The notes beneath the pieces are model-generated. The model had not been told where the DNA came from and did not search any database. It saw only the letters and a program-made list of their open reading frames with translations. This document shows, piece by piece, positions 24,836 to 38,100 of a DNA stretch of 64,000 nt (positions within the stretch are counted from its first letter, which is position 1; each line of letters opens with the position of its first letter). The stretch covers positions 115,880,001 through 115,944,000 of the forward strand of contig NC_058373.1 of the NCBI RefSeq assembly GCF_018350175.1, written 5' to 3'. The translations under genes and the position numbers were made by a program. The stretch is from Felis catus. Lineage: Eukaryota.

Positions 24836-25206
24836 TACGTGGATGGACCTGGAGGGTATTATGCTAAGTGAAATTAGTCAGTAGGAAAAAGACAAATATC
24901 ATAGGACTTCACTCATATGAGGAATTTAAGATACAAAACAGGTGAGCATATCAGTGGTAGGGCATTTGACTACAAAACAGGTGAACATAAGGGAAGGGAA
25001 GCAAAATTAATATAAAAACAGGGAGGGGGACAAACCATAAGAGACTCTTAAATACAGAGAACAAACAGAGGGTTGCTGGAGGGGTTGTAGGAGGGGGGAT
25101 GGGCTAAATGGGTAAAGGGAATTAAGGAATCTACTCCTGAAATCATTGTTGCACATTATATGCTAACTTGGATGTAAATTAAACAATAAATTAATTAATG
25201 AAAAAA
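24836..25206 (+). mobile_element. 5'-truncated feline L1 3' end carrying a tRNA-like insert
   Basis: TSD aaagaatagctcaca (24821-24835 / 25207-25221); matches the L1 3' end at 40180-40487. Confidence 0.9.
24951..24970 (+). pseudogene. tRNA-Cys(GCA)-like fragment (D-arm to anticodon arm), putative tailless retropseudogene
   Basis: tcagtggtagggcatttgac vs recalled tRNA-Cys TCAGTGGTAGAGCATTTGAC; flanked by a 19-bp duplication. Confidence 0.6.
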
Positions 25207-25307
25207 AAAGAATAGCTCACAAAGGCAAATGAAATGAAGCAATCAGAGAGCCCGTAAAGTAAGGATTGATGGAGAGATACACAGATGAGTAAATAAATAC
25301 ATAGAGA

Positions 25308-25510
25308 GGGGCGCCTGGGTGGCTCAGTCAGCTAGGCGACTGACTTCGGCTCGGATCATGATCTCACAGTTTGTGAATTCGAGTCCCATGTTGGGCTCTG
25401 TGCTGACAGCTCAGAGGCTGGAGCCTGCTTCGGATTCTGTGTTTCCCTCTCTCTCTGCCCCCTCCCCCATGCACACTCTCTCAAAAATAAATAAACATAA
25501 AAAAAAAAAT
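25308..25510 (+). mobile_element. CAN-SINE
   Basis: SINE consensus. Confidence 0.9.
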
Positions 25511-25857
25511 AGAGAGGTAGGTAGGCAGATAGATAAAAGAAATTATGATACTGCAGAAAGCAAAGGCAGAAAATATTTCTAGGGAGTGACTAGAAGGCAA
25601 GGCAATCAGTCCTCAAGTAACTTAGGATTACCAGGAGAGATGGGGAAACTATCACACCCAGAAGATTTAGTACCTACACATCCTGTCCCACCCTCAAATC
25701 ACCAGAGGAAAGCCTCCATTCACTGACAAACACATATTAAACACAAGTTTAATCTGAGTAAATATATTGTTTGCTATAGATCTATAATTACAAGTATGAA
25801 CAACCAAGATTCACTGAGTAAGAAAAAACACAACAGAGAAATCAACAAAACCAATGG

Positions 25858-26329
25858 CAAAGCCGCTTTGGCCTCTCCGACCAACCTAGCAGTCTTTAAA
25901 GTTTAGCAAACACTCTTAGCCCGTGTGACTGATTAACTAAACTTTATTGGTATATCTGTGGATCATGCATTCTTTCCCAGAAAAAACAGAGCACCTCCGC
26001 TCTCATGAAACAGAAACCAGACCCCCTTGCACGATCCCTGGACACTAAGGAACCAGACCCCCTTGCACAATCTCCAAGCACTGAGATAATGTCTGTAGCT
26101 GGCACCATTGAATCTGCACGGAATCAAGAAATGTTAGGGACCCCTGCACTCCCTTATTGATTAACTGCTCTAAACCCCTTTAATAATCTCTGGGCCAGGC
26201 AGAAACCTTGGAGCTGGCCTTTGGACAAGAGTCCACCTTCTCCTGGGGTGGCTGGCCTCCTAACAAAGCTCTAATTCCTTTTCAATCAAAGCTCAGCTAC
26301 AGGCAGCCAAATCTGGGTTTTGGTTAGCA
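25858..26329 (+). mobile_element. ERV1-type LTR (partial) with an internal 36-bp imperfect tandem repeat (26015-26086)
   Basis: ttggacaagagtccaccttctcctggggtggctggcctcctaacaaagc R-region motif; ends ...ttggttagca. Confidence 0.55.
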
Positions 26330-26882
26330 ATGGTTCTTTCAAAAGATTAATAAAATGACTGGAACATTAGCAACACTGGTTAAGAAAAAGAGACAAAAGA
26401 TAAATGGTAACTATCAAGAACGGAAAAATTGGGACAAAATTACACATCCTGCAGACATTAAGAGATCACAAAATATTACAAATAACTTTCAGCCTAAAAT
26501 AGACAAATTACTTAGAAAGATAAAATTTACAAAAGCTGATAAAAAATGTGTTCAATCTGCGTATGTAAGAAAATGAATCTGTAACTGAAAGTCTCAATAA
26601 AATACAAGTTTCATGGGTAACTCCTACCAAACGCTTCAGGAAGAAATAACAAATTTTTTTTCACAAACTACTCCACAAAACAGGAGACAGTATTTCCCAA
26701 AGCATTACACGATGCTCATTTAACCTAGTTACCAAAACGAAAAAGCACTTACAGGAAAGACAATATTACAAGCAAATCTTACACATAAAATTAAATGTAA
26801 AAATCCTAAACCAAATCTTAGCAAATTGACTCCAATAACATATATTTTAAAAAGGTATATATAAAAAAAGACAACATCCGTG

Positions 26883-27468
26883 TGAGCAGAAAAAGTTAGG
26901 GGTCCCTGGAAAACAAAGATGAGACATAGCCTTCTTGACAGAAGAAAAGCCATTTTAGGCCCCCAGCCATCTTGTGACAGAATTAAGAACAAACAGCCAC
27001 TATCAGGCAGGAGATAGCCCAATCATATGAGGGACAATAAATCAATGGTAAAACTCCCAGTGCTGGTTCCAAAGCAAAAAATGACCTGATGCACATGCTT
27101 GAATTATCTTTATAGGATCTGAACCCCGTAGAGCATTCAGATACTGAACCAACTAAAGCCAGAAAACTGATGATGCTGACCCTTATTGGCCCTCTTGACC
27201 TTGACCTGGACTTTTCAGTCACCTTCAGATGACTTGTGCCCCAATTCTTTACTAAATCCCCTTGTGCAATGAATTACCCTTTCATGAATATGTATGCACC
27301 CTTAGCTTAAAACTTTCTGGTTTGTTGTCTGAGGAGATATTGCTTTGGGAAATATCCCGTGTTCTCCACTACTTTTTGCAAGTAAAACTCATCCTTTTCC
27401 CATTCTTTGACTTGGTTGTGTCTTTTGGCTCAATATCCATGGATAGGGGGGCCCAGTTTTGGGTAACA
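26883..27468 (+). mobile_element. MER34-like solo LTR
   Basis: TG...ttttgggtaaca; gagatattgctttgggaaatatcccgtgttctcc...gcaagtaaaactc; interrupts L1. Confidence 0.65.
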
Positions 27469-27646
27469 TTGTGACAAAGTGGGGTTTATTTCTGAAATAC
27501 AAGACTGGCTAACATTTGGGTGAAAACTCGGTGTAACTTATCACATTACCAGAAGAAAAAAAAAAGAAACCATATGAGTATTTCAATAGACTTAAAACAA
27601 AAGCATAAAATGTGTTTGATAAAATTTAAAACTACTAGACTTCCAC

Positions 27647-27875
27647 TTTTTTTTTTTTTTAATTTTTTTTTTAACGTTTATTTATTTTTGAGACAGAGAG
27701 AGACAGAGCATGAACAGGGGAGGAGCAGAGAGAGAGGGAGACACAGAATCTGAAACAGGCTCCAGGCTCTGAGCTGTCAGCACAGAGCCCGACGTGGGGC
27801 TCGAACTCACGGACCGTGAGATCGTGACCTGAGCCAAAGTCGGATGCTTAACCGACTGAGCCACCCAGGCGCCCC
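27647..27875 (-). mobile_element. SINEC_Fc
   Basis: TSD tagacttccacttttt. Confidence 0.95.
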
Positions 27876-28658
27876 TAGACTTCCACTTTTTATGGTGCAG
27901 TAGCTGGCAACAAACGTGCCCTCGCACCATAAGAATTAGATCACTAAAACACATATGCAAAACAACTACCTTTAAACGTTGCCATATGGGCAATATAAAA
28001 CTATAAACCCTATAATTCACGTGAAATCTCAAGGGATCCCAAATAGCCAAAACCATCTTGAAAGGGAAGAACAGTTTTAGGTCTCACATTTCCTGATTTT
28101 GAAATCATGCCCCATAGAGTTAATAAGGTAACAATTAGTGGAAATTAAAGCTTGTTTTTCAGAGAAATGTTTCCCCTAATCAACCACTGTTTCTTTTCAG
28201 ACCCCACTAACAAACACACTAGTTTCTTTGCAGTAGCCTGGACTCAAGATCAACTGATATGATTCCAGCTTGTGAACAAACAACTTACTACAAAGCTACA
28301 GTCATCAAGTATGTGGTGCTGGCATAAATATAAACACTGATCAATGGAATAGAAAACCCAGATCTTCACATAAGCCTTCATATGTATAGTTAAATGATTT
28401 TCGACAAGAGCGCCATGACTATTCAATGGGGAAATGACAGTCTTCTCAACAAATGGTGTTGGGAAAACTGTATATCCACATGCCAATGAATGAGGTTGTA
28501 GACCCTTACCTAACATCAAATACAAAAATTAACTCAAAATGGATCACAAGACCTAAATGTAAGAATTTAAATTATAAAATACTTAGAAGAAAATGCAGGG
28601 AAAAACAATGAAATTGGATTTGGCAAGGATTTCTTCAAAATGACACCAAAATGAAAAC

Positions 28659-29388
28659 TGTGTTCTATAGGTTAATGAGGTTAAAACTGTCACCAGTAAA
28701 CCCCTACTGGCTGCCTTTCTTCTTCACAGGAATGTTAACCTTATCTTTTAGCAGCAAACAACAGGAAGAGCTCCATAGGCCTAGACCAGTTTGAGACTGA
28801 CCACTGACCACAGTAGATGGACCATGAAGCGTCTGACAGCTACCTCGACTTCATTATACTGTTAACACCTCCGCCCAAGGAGGAGCACAAACTTCATTAA
28901 CGTAACACAGGATACAAGCATAGGCATGTCTTCAAAGTAGCCTGTACAACCTATGTCCATCTCTACATGCAGTAACGAAGTTTCCCTTTCTATTCATCCT
29001 AATCCTAAATAAAAGAAACCCACTCGCCCCCATGGGAAGTTATTCCCTGTGATTTCCTTGTTTGTTGCAAATAAAAATTCTGTTGTATGACAACTCCAAC
29101 TGATGTAATCTTTTTTTTTTTAATTTTTTAAATTGTTTAGTTATTTTTGAGAGACAGAGTGTGAACGGGGGAGGGGCAGAGAGAGAGAGAGGGAGATACA
29201 GAATCCAAAGCAGGCTCCAGACTGAGCTGTCAGCACAGAGCCTGATGCGTGGCCCGAACCCCTGAACTTCAAGATCGTGACCTGAGCGGAAGTTGGACAC
29301 TTAACCAACTGAGCCACCCAGGCACCCCACCTGGTGTAATCTTTATCTGTAACTCATCAAGAAGCAAACTCATGTTAGTTTGGTCACA
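28659..29388 (+). mobile_element. Solo LTR (ERV1-type) containing a SINE
   Basis: TG...CA, aataaa signal, interrupts contiguous L1. Confidence 0.55.
29110..29328 (-). mobile_element. CAN-SINE
   Basis: TSD ctg(a/g)tgtaatcttt. Confidence 0.9.
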
Positions 29389-29739
29389 AAATCACAGGCA
29401 ATAAAACAACAGACAAACCAGACCCCATCAAAATTAAAAACTTTCGCACATTAAAGTACACTACCAACACAATGAAAAGCAACCCACAGGAGAAAATATT
29501 TAGACATCATGTATCTGACAAAGGATTAATATCCAGATTAAAGAACTCCTACAACTCAACACCAAAAAAACCCAATTAAAAAATGTGAAAATAACTTGGG
29601 AGATATTTCCTAGAAAATATATAAATTTTCCCTATCATTTTATGAGATTTTTAATAAAATATTTCAATGAAAAAAAAATACACAAATGGTACTCGAAAAT
29701 GTGCTTACCATCATTGACTGTTAGAAGTCATACTGCAAT

Positions 29740-30510
29740 TGTTAATAATATATATTTGGTTTTCATCCCTTTCCTGGCACAGAGCTCCTAAAAACCTTGG
29801 GATTTCCTAAGTGGGGTGAGCCACAAAGGTGCCTTTTGAGACGTTAATGAGGTGACTTCTGAAATACCCCAGGTCATCTAAGGATGGGGGCTGGTCACCA
29901 GAAGAATCAACCACACTTTCAGTCCCAGCCCCACCCCACACTACCCCTAGTGGAAACGGATGGAGATTAAGTTCAATCACTAAAGGCCAATGATTTAATC
30001 AATCATCTCTAGGTAATGAGGCCTCCATAAAAACCCAAAAGGACAAGGTTCACGGAGCTTCCAGGTTGGTGAACATTTGTAAAGAGTAGCACACCCAGGG
30101 AGGTCACGGAACCTCTGTACCCCTTTCCATATACCTTGCCCTACACATCTCCTCCAACTGGCTGTTCCTTGAATTATATATAATCTTTCATAAGTAAGTT
30201 GGTAACCTAGTAAGTAAATTGTTTCTCTGAGTTCTGTGAGCCACTCTAGCAAATTAATTGAACTGGAAAAGGAGGTCATGGGCATTTCTTAGAGCCAGTC
30301 AGAAGCCCAGGCAAGAACCCAGACTTGTGATTAGCTCTGAGTGGGGTACAGTCGTGTAGACTGAGTTCTTAACCTATGGGATCTGACGCTATTTCCAGGT
30401 AGATGGTATCAGAATGGGGTTGAATTGGAGGACACCCAGCTGGTGTCTCAGAGAACTGCTTGGTGGTGTGGAAAAAATACACACAATGAAACTGATGTCA
30501 AATTTGTATG
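29740..30510 (-). mobile_element. MER21-like LTR
   Basis: cctggcacagagctcctaaaaaccttggg...gagttctgtgagccactctagcaaattaattgaac...gaattggaggacacccagctggtgtc. Confidence 0.75.
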
Positions 30511-30695
30511 AGGTCAATGCAAACCAAACCCACAATGAGCTACCACTTCACATCCATTAGGATGGCTAATTTCAAAAAAAACCCAATAACCAACAAGAGT
30601 TGGTTGGAACCCTTGTACATGGTTGGTTGGAATATAGAATGATGTAGTTGCCATGTAAAACAGTACAGCAGTTCCTCAAAATAACACAATTACCA

Positions 30696-30915
30696 TTTTT
30701 TTTTAAGTGTCAGGTTTTTTTTAAATGTTTATTTTTTAGAGAGAGAGCATGGGTAGGGGAGGGGCACAGAGAGAAGGAGAGAAAGAATCCTAAGCAGGCT
30801 TGGCACTATCAGCACAGAGCCCAAAATGGGGCTCAAACTCATGTACCATGAGATCACGACCTGGGCTGAAATCAAGAGTCAGACGCTTAACCAACTGAAG
30901 CACCCAGGCTCCCCC
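30696..30915 (-). mobile_element. CAN-SINE
   Basis: TSD acaattaccattt. Confidence 0.9.
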
Positions 30916-30965
30916 ACAATTACCATTTCTGGGTACATACACAAAAGAATTGAAAGCAGGGACTC

Positions 30966-31170
30966 GGGGTGCCTGGGTGGCTCAGTTGGTTAAGCGTCTG
31001 ACTCTTGATTATGGCTCAGGTCATGATCTCACGGTTGGTGAGTTCGAACCCGACATCAGGCTCTGTGCTGACAGGGTGGAGACTACTTGGGTTTCTCTCT
31101 CTCTCCCGTTCTCTCTGCCCCTCCCCTGCTTGTGTGCATGCTCTCTCTCAAAATAAACATTAAAAAAAAA
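30966..31170 (+). mobile_element. CAN-SINE without TSD
   Basis: SINE consensus; flanks are non-contiguous L1. Confidence 0.9.
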
Positions 31171-31332
31171 ATTCTGACACTTTCTCAAACATAAATGAAC
31201 CTTGAAGACCTTATGCTAAGTAAAATAAACCAGATCCAAATAACACAAATATTGTAGAATTCCATTTATATGAGATACCTAGAGTAGTGAAATTCATAGT
31301 GACATCAAGTAGAAGGGTGGTTGCCAGGGTCT

Positions 31333-31406
31333 GGGGGAAGGGAGAAGGGGGAAGGGGGAAGGGGGAAGGGAGAAGGGGGAAGGGGGAAGGGGGAAGGGGG
31401 AAGGGG
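31333..31406 (+). repeat. Purine-only (GGGGGAA)n-like repeat
   Basis: Direct. Confidence 0.9.
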
Positions 31407-31684
31407 ACTTATTGTTTAATGAATATGGAGTTTCAGTTTGGGATGATGAAAAAGTTCTGGAGATGGATGGTGATGGTTGCACAATGATGTGAATGTACTT
31501 AATGGCACTCAACTATATACTAAAAAATGGTTAAAATGGCAAATTTTATGTTATTTATATTTTAGCATAAGTTTTTAAGGTTTAAATTGAAAAGAAATAA
31601 AACTCTTTATTCCCATATGACATCATGGATATAAAAAATCCTAAGCAATGTACCCCAAAAAACACCAAAATAATAACTGAATTA

Positions 31685-31899
31685 AAAAAAAATTTTTTTT
31701 TAATGTTTATTTATTTTTGAGGGAGAGACAGAGTGTGAGTGGGGGAGGAGCAGAGAGAGAGGGAGACACAGAATCCGAAGCAGGCTCCAGGCTCTGAGCT
31801 GTCAGCACAGAGCCCGACGTGGGGCTTGAACTCATGAACCGTGAGATCATGACCTGAGCTGAAGTCGGACGCTTACTGACTGAGCCACCCAGGTGCCCC
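31685..31899 (-). mobile_element. CAN-SINE
   Basis: TSD aataactgaatt. Confidence 0.9.
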
Positions 31900-32851
31900 A
31901 ATAACTGAATTTAAGTAAAGTAACAGGATACAAGGTCAAATACACACAAAAAACTAAATGTCTATATACTGAAATGAACAAATGTAAATTAAAATTTTAA
32001 AACATCTTTTACAATAGAATCACCAACCATGTTATGTCGAGGAATAAATTTCATAAAACATGTTAAGACCTGTACTCTCAAAACTCTGCTGAGAGAAATT
32101 AAAGAAAACCTAAATAAATGGAGAAATATAGCATATTTGTGGTTCTGAAGATGTGACATTGCTAAAAAGTTCTTTCCAAATTGATCTATCAGTCAATCCT
32201 AACCAAATGGACCACACTCCTGAATATAAAATGAAGAATAGAGCTTCTAGATAGAGGAGCAAATCTCCATAAACTCAATGAAGAGAAAAATCTCAAACAA
32301 GGCATAAAAAAGTATTAACAATAAAGGAAAAGATTGATAAACTGAGCTATATTAAAATTAAGAACTTCTGTTCATTTTTAGACTACCATCAATAGAGCTA
32401 AAAGGCAAGCCAGAATGGAGAAGATACACTTAAACACATGCAAGGACAAAAAACTCCTATCCAAAACATACCAAGAACCTATTACAACCCTTTAAGACAA
32501 AGATAAAAACAAAAACAGAAAAACATGCAAAAGAAGCACTTCGCAAAAATAGATATCCAAATCGCCAAATAATCATGAAAGGACGCTTGACATCATCAAT
32601 CGCCAGGAAATACACATTTCAGCCTCAACAAGCTATCACTGTATGCGCAACAGAATGACTCAATTCTTCTTTAATTGACAGTATTAAGGGTCAACACAGG
32701 TTTGGAACCACAGGAACTCTCATAAACTGCTGATGAGAGTAGAAACTCATACAGCTACCTTGGAAAATATGTTAGCATCATCAGTAGAAGTAGTAGAAAT
32801 GCATACTTATGACCCAGCAGTCTGAGTAAAGAACATGAGCACATGCACACT

Positions 32852-33271
32852 GTTAGGTTCCTAGGGTTGCGAAAATAAAGTACCACAAACTCGTGGCTTA
32901 AAGCAACAGAAATTTATTGTCTCAAAGTTCTGAAGGTGAGAAGTCCAAGATCAAGGTGTTAGCAGGGCCACACTCCGCTTGAAACTTATAGGGGAATTTT
33001 TCCTGGCTTCTTCGTAGCTTCTGGTAATGTGCTGGCAATCTCTGGCATCCCTAGGTGTGTAGATGAAGCACTCCAGTCCATCTTCACACGGTGTTCTCCC
33101 TTTGTCTCTTCACACGGCCTTCTTTTTTACAAGGACACCAATCATACTGGATTAGGGACCCAGCCTAATTAAGATTAGCATGATCTTATCTTGACTAAAT
33201 TACATATGCAATGACCCTATTTCCAAATAAGGTCACATTCTGGGGGACAGACGCACAATTCAGCCTATAAT
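32852..33271 (-). mobile_element. MLT1 (MaLR) LTR
   Basis: taccacaaact..ggcttaaagcaacagaaatttatt..gaagtccaagatcaaggtg..ccctatttccaaataaggtcacattctg. Confidence 0.85.
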
Positions 33272-33527
33272 TATAAAAGCAAGTACAAGAATATTTCATA
33301 AAAGCATTTTTTTCATAATAGCCCCAAACCATAACAATCCAAATGTCTACCACCATTAGAATACATTTTAAAAGCTGTAATATATTTATGTAAGGGAATG
33401 TTACACAGAAATGAAAATAAAAGAACTACAATAACGTGAAACAATTTGTTTGACTTTCACAAACATAACATTAAACAAAAGAAGTCATACATGAAACACA
33501 ATGCATTTTTATTAAAAGTAAAAAACA

Positions 33528-33735
33528 GGGGCACCTGGGTGGCTCAGTCAGTTAAGCATCCAACTCTTGATTTAGGCTCAGGTCATTTCTCATGGTTCAC
33601 AAGTTCAAGCCCCATATCGGGCTCTGCCCTGTCAAAATCCCTGCTTGGGATTCTCTGTCTCCCTCTCTCTCTCTGCCCCTCCCTCACTCACACACACTCT
33701 CTCTCTCTCAAAAATAAACTTTAAAATAAACAAAC
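33528..33735 (+). mobile_element. CAN-SINE
   Basis: SINE consensus. Confidence 0.9.
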
Positions 33736-34689
33736 AGGCAATCAAAACTATACACTTATTCAGGGATGCATGGTTACATGGTATAAATGTAATGACAAGT
33801 GATTAACCATAAAACTAAGATAAGCGTGATCTCTGATCAGAAGGACAAGCGTTGTAATTAGGAGAGGACAAAACAGAGCTTCTGGGACATTGGCAATGTT
33901 CAATTTCTTTACTTGCATATGGTGAATTATACAGATACAATGAGCTGTACTCTATTATGCACCTTTCTGTAAGTGATATTTTATAATAATGTAGTTAAAA
34001 GGAGCTTTGCTGAAAAAAATTGGAAAAACACTTGAAGCAAATATGACAGAGTCAATAACTTTATGTCAAAAGTTCACGCTTAAATAAATGCAAAATAAAC
34101 AAAGTGCAAAATTTTATAAACTAAGTTGCCTTTTGTATAAGAAGGGAAATAAGGAGTAACCTAACAAACACTACCTTTCCCATGTGATCAAAGTTAACAT
34201 CACCAGAAACGAGGCAAATTGACGGCATGTACCTTCATAAGCACCTTTTTGTGGTATTCCTGACAAAGCGTGTGAGGTGAATTTAATCATGAAAACAGAC
34301 CAAACAAAACCAAACTGAAAGACATTCAATAGATAACTAGACTAAACCCTTTAAATACCAGGTCATGAAAAACAAGGAAGATTAAAGAACTATTCCAGAT
34401 TAAAGTGGACCAAACAGACAGGACAACTAAATCCAATGGATAATTCAAGATAGTCTTTTGCTATGAATTTATTATTTTGCTGTAAATTCTCAGCACCACT
34501 GACAAGATGGAATAAATCTACAGATTAGGCAGTAGTATTGTGACAGTTTAATTTTGATAACTGTACTGTGGCTATATAAGAGAAAGCCCTTGATTTTAGG
34601 ATATGTGCACTAAAGTACTTAGGGCTTTTGGGCCTTATGACTGCAACTGACTCTCAATCCAAAAGTAAAAGGTGTAATTATGTGTATTT

Positions 34690-34692
<3 letters not shown>

Positions 34693-34728
<36 letters not shown>
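34693..34728. repeat. (CA)n microsatellite
   Basis: Direct. Confidence 0.95.
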
Positions 34729-34731
<3 letters not shown>

Positions 34732-34905
34732 GACAGAGCACATGCAAGCAACTGACAGTAAGAGAAGAAAGAGATTAAAGAATAAAGCAAGTATGGAAAA
34801 ATGTTAACACATGGGGATTTGGGGCAAAAGGTACATATGTAGGAATTGTTTCTACTATTCCCACAACTTTTAAGTTTGAAATTATGTCAAAATAAAAAGC
34901 TAAAA

Positions 34906-35115
34906 GGGGGTGCCTGGGTGGCTCAGTTGGCTAAGAATCTGACTCTTGATTCAGCTTAGGTCATGATCTCATGGTTTCTGGGTTTGAGCCCTGCATCAGA
35001 TACCAGGATGGTGCAGAGCCTGCTTGGGATTCTCTCCCTCGCTCTCTGCCCCTCCCCCACTCCCACATGCAAGTCCTTCTTTCTAAAAAAGAAACAAACG
35101 TTTAAAAAAAAAAAA
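34906..35115 (+). mobile_element. CAN-SINE
   Basis: SINE consensus. Confidence 0.9.
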
Positions 35116-38100
35116 CTACAAGAAAAATCTTACCATACAGAAAATCAGACATTTCACAAACACAAAAATCAAAGAAGAGAAATTATTCAACCACTCGAAA
35201 CATTTTTTTGCTACTTAATTAGCACTAAACCAAAAATTACAATAGACCATGGTAGCCAGATTCTGGAGAAGTTGGTATTTTCATACTTTGCTGTTTGAGT
35301 GATAACTGGTTCCAAACCTTTTGAGAAAAACAACTTGACGATATGAACCTCAGAGTTAAAAAAAATAAAAAATAAAAAAGTACAGATTCCAGTGATTCTA
35401 CTGGTGGGACTGTATCCTAAGGGGGAAAAAAAAGCCTAAATAATGAAAAGTCATCATACACAAAGGTAATCATTACAACCTTAAGTGAAACATAGGGAAA
35501 ATGTAAAGAAAACCAATATAACCACTCATGGGAATTATTCAGTCATTAAATTAGTCTACAGAAACAAAGCAAACATGGAACAGTATTTACAGAAGATACA
35601 GTGATATGATCAAGTCAAACTGCATGAACAGAATAATTACAAACTACAGTATTAAAAATAACTATGCACAGGTGAACAGTGGGGAGTGGCCAGGGTGGCG
35701 GAACAGCATGGAAGTTTTTTTTCTCTTGCATCCCTCATCCCTGAAATACAGCCAGATCAACACTAAAACATTCTGCACACCTAGAAAACTGATTTGAGGA
35801 TTAACACAACAATCTGCACAATCTGAACAAGAGAACTTAGTAGGTACCTGACATGGAGAGGTGAACTGGGGAGAAAGCCGCGGAGGGCAGGGAGCTGTTT
35901 TTGTTTGCGGAGAGAGGACAAAGACGGGGGGGGGGGGGGGGTACGGAAAGCATCCTGCATCCCCACTGCCCAAAAGCAGCTGGAGAGAAAAGAAAAAGTA
36001 CACAAGGGACTGAACAAAAAAGGGGGAAAGGAGAAAGGAGAGGGTTTAAATTCCATTAAGACTCTAAAAACAGGGGGAGCGCAGAGTCTGAAACTCCACA
36101 GCTCAATACCTGGGGGTGCTCTGGTGGGAAGGGCGAATCCCCAGGAGCAGAGAGTGAGGTCCTCAAGGTCTTGGGTCACATGGGGAGAGGTGGTTCCCCT
36201 ACTGGGAGGACACTTGGTAGAGGCTGTGAGGGCTCCCCACAGGCAAAAGTCCCAGTGGACCTGGGAAAACAACCCCATTCACTGGTGCTGGAATAAGGAC
36301 GCTAAGGGGGAAGCCTGGTGCCAGATGTGTGGGGTGATTTTCCATAATCCCTGAAACGCTGCTGCTATACAATCACATGAACTTTTTCTGGGGCAGGTTG
36401 GCACCCAGCCAGTCTCTGGCCATTGGCAGCAGCACGGTGTCCTGACGTTCCAGGGGGCAGCTGACACCTGGCCATTGCTCAGTGAGAACCTTCCCCATAT
36501 GTCTGAGTGGGTCAAAGCCGCAGTCCCTCAGAAGTGAGGGGTTGGGAAACACAGCCACATCTGAGATAAAACTCAGGAGGGAGGTGCCGCCTGGCAACCT
36601 GACGGCTTGGTCACAGACAGTATAAAAGCGGAGAGTGGATGGAATCCAGAGACAAAGGAGGGGTGAGCGATTGCTGACTGGGAAGAGCAAAGAGTTCTGA
36701 TACTAGAGACTAGGTAGCTAGGTCATGCCATTTTCACCCCTCCTGTGCATGCACATGCACACCTACAGGCGCCACAATAATCCACCCCAGTAAGCTAAGC
36801 AGCGCCATCTAGTGGAGAAAGGAGCTGTTACACTAAGCCCCATCCAACTGGGACAACCTCACTCTTCAGGAACACAAGTCTTTCCGTCTGCTTAGTTTAC
36901 AGACTATAAAGCGCTTCATGGTTTGACTTCTAGGGGAAACCGATGTAATTTCAATGATACTTCAGTCTGTTTGCTGGTCCATCTATTCAATAATTTTTTC
37001 TTTTCTTTTCTTATTCTTGAATAAGAAAAAAAATTGAATAAAAGAGAAAAAATTTATGTTTTCCATTTCTACACTTTACTTTTGGGTAAAATTTTCAAAT
37101 TCTATTTTTTTACTTCCATCATTTCATTTTATTCTATTTCATTGTATTCATTTGTTCAAATTTTCAAACGTTTTCCTTTTTTTTTCTTGCTTTCCCTTTT
37201 TTCTCTATCGAGCTCCTTTAAACAACCAAACCAGAAGACACCTAGGATCTAGCATCCGTTATTTGATTTTTTTGTGTTGTCTTTAATTTTAATTTTTTTT
37301 ACCTTATGGATTCCTTTTCTTCCTTCTAAATGACAAAACAAAGGAATTCACCCCAAAAGAAAGAACAGGAAGAAATCACAGCCAGGCACTTAATAAGCAC
37401 AGATACAAACAAGATACCTGAACCAGACTTTAGAATCACGATAATAAGAATACTAGCTGGGGTTGAAAACAGATTAGAATCCCTTTCTGTGGAGATAAAA
37501 GCTAGATGAAATTAAATAAAAAATGCTATAAATGAGCTGCAATCTTGAATGGATGCCATGGTGGCAAGGATGGGTAAGGCAGAGCAGCGAATCAGCGTTA
37601 GAGAGAACAAACTTATAGAGAACAATGAAGCAGAAAAAAAGAGGAAGACTAAGGCAAAAGAGCACGATTTAAGAATTAGAGAAATTAGTGACTCATTAAA
37701 AAGGAACAACATCAGAATCATAGGGGTCCCAGAAAGTGAAGAGAGAGAAAAAGGGGTAAAAGAGTTATGTGAGCAAATCATAACAGAAAACTTTCCTAAC
37801 CTGGGGAAAGACACAGACACCAAAATACAGGAAGCACAGAGGACTCCCCATTAGATTCAGAAAAACCCAAACATGAACAAGGCATATCACAGTCAAATTC
37901 ACAAAATACTCAGGCAAGGAATGAATCATGAAAGCAGTAAGGGGAAAAAAAAGTCCTTAACCTACAAGGGAAGACAGATCAGGTTTCCAGCAGACCTATC
38001 CACAGAAACTTGGCGGGCCAGAAAGGAGTGGCAGGATGTATTCAATGTGCTGAATCAGAAAAATATGCAGCCAAGAATTCTTTATCCAGCAAGGCTGCCA

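Larger units (their letters stand above)
26330..31590 (+). mobile_element. Fragmented old L1 ORF2 to 3'UTR hosting several LTRs and SINEs
   Basis: Colinear L1 ORF2 pieces resume after each insertion; L1MB-like 3'UTR at 31180-31590. Confidence 0.7.
31900..34900 (+). mobile_element. Very old L1 (L1M-type) ORF2/3'UTR fragments
   Basis: Degenerate L1 motifs (ggatacaaggtcaaa, ctgctgagagaaattaaagaaaacctaaataaatggaga). Confidence 0.6.

Noticed and set aside
9735..26086. 36-bp direct repeats (9735-9806, 26015-26086) of CRISPR-like length
   Set aside because: Only two adjacent units each, no spacers, located inside ERV relics in mammalian DNA.
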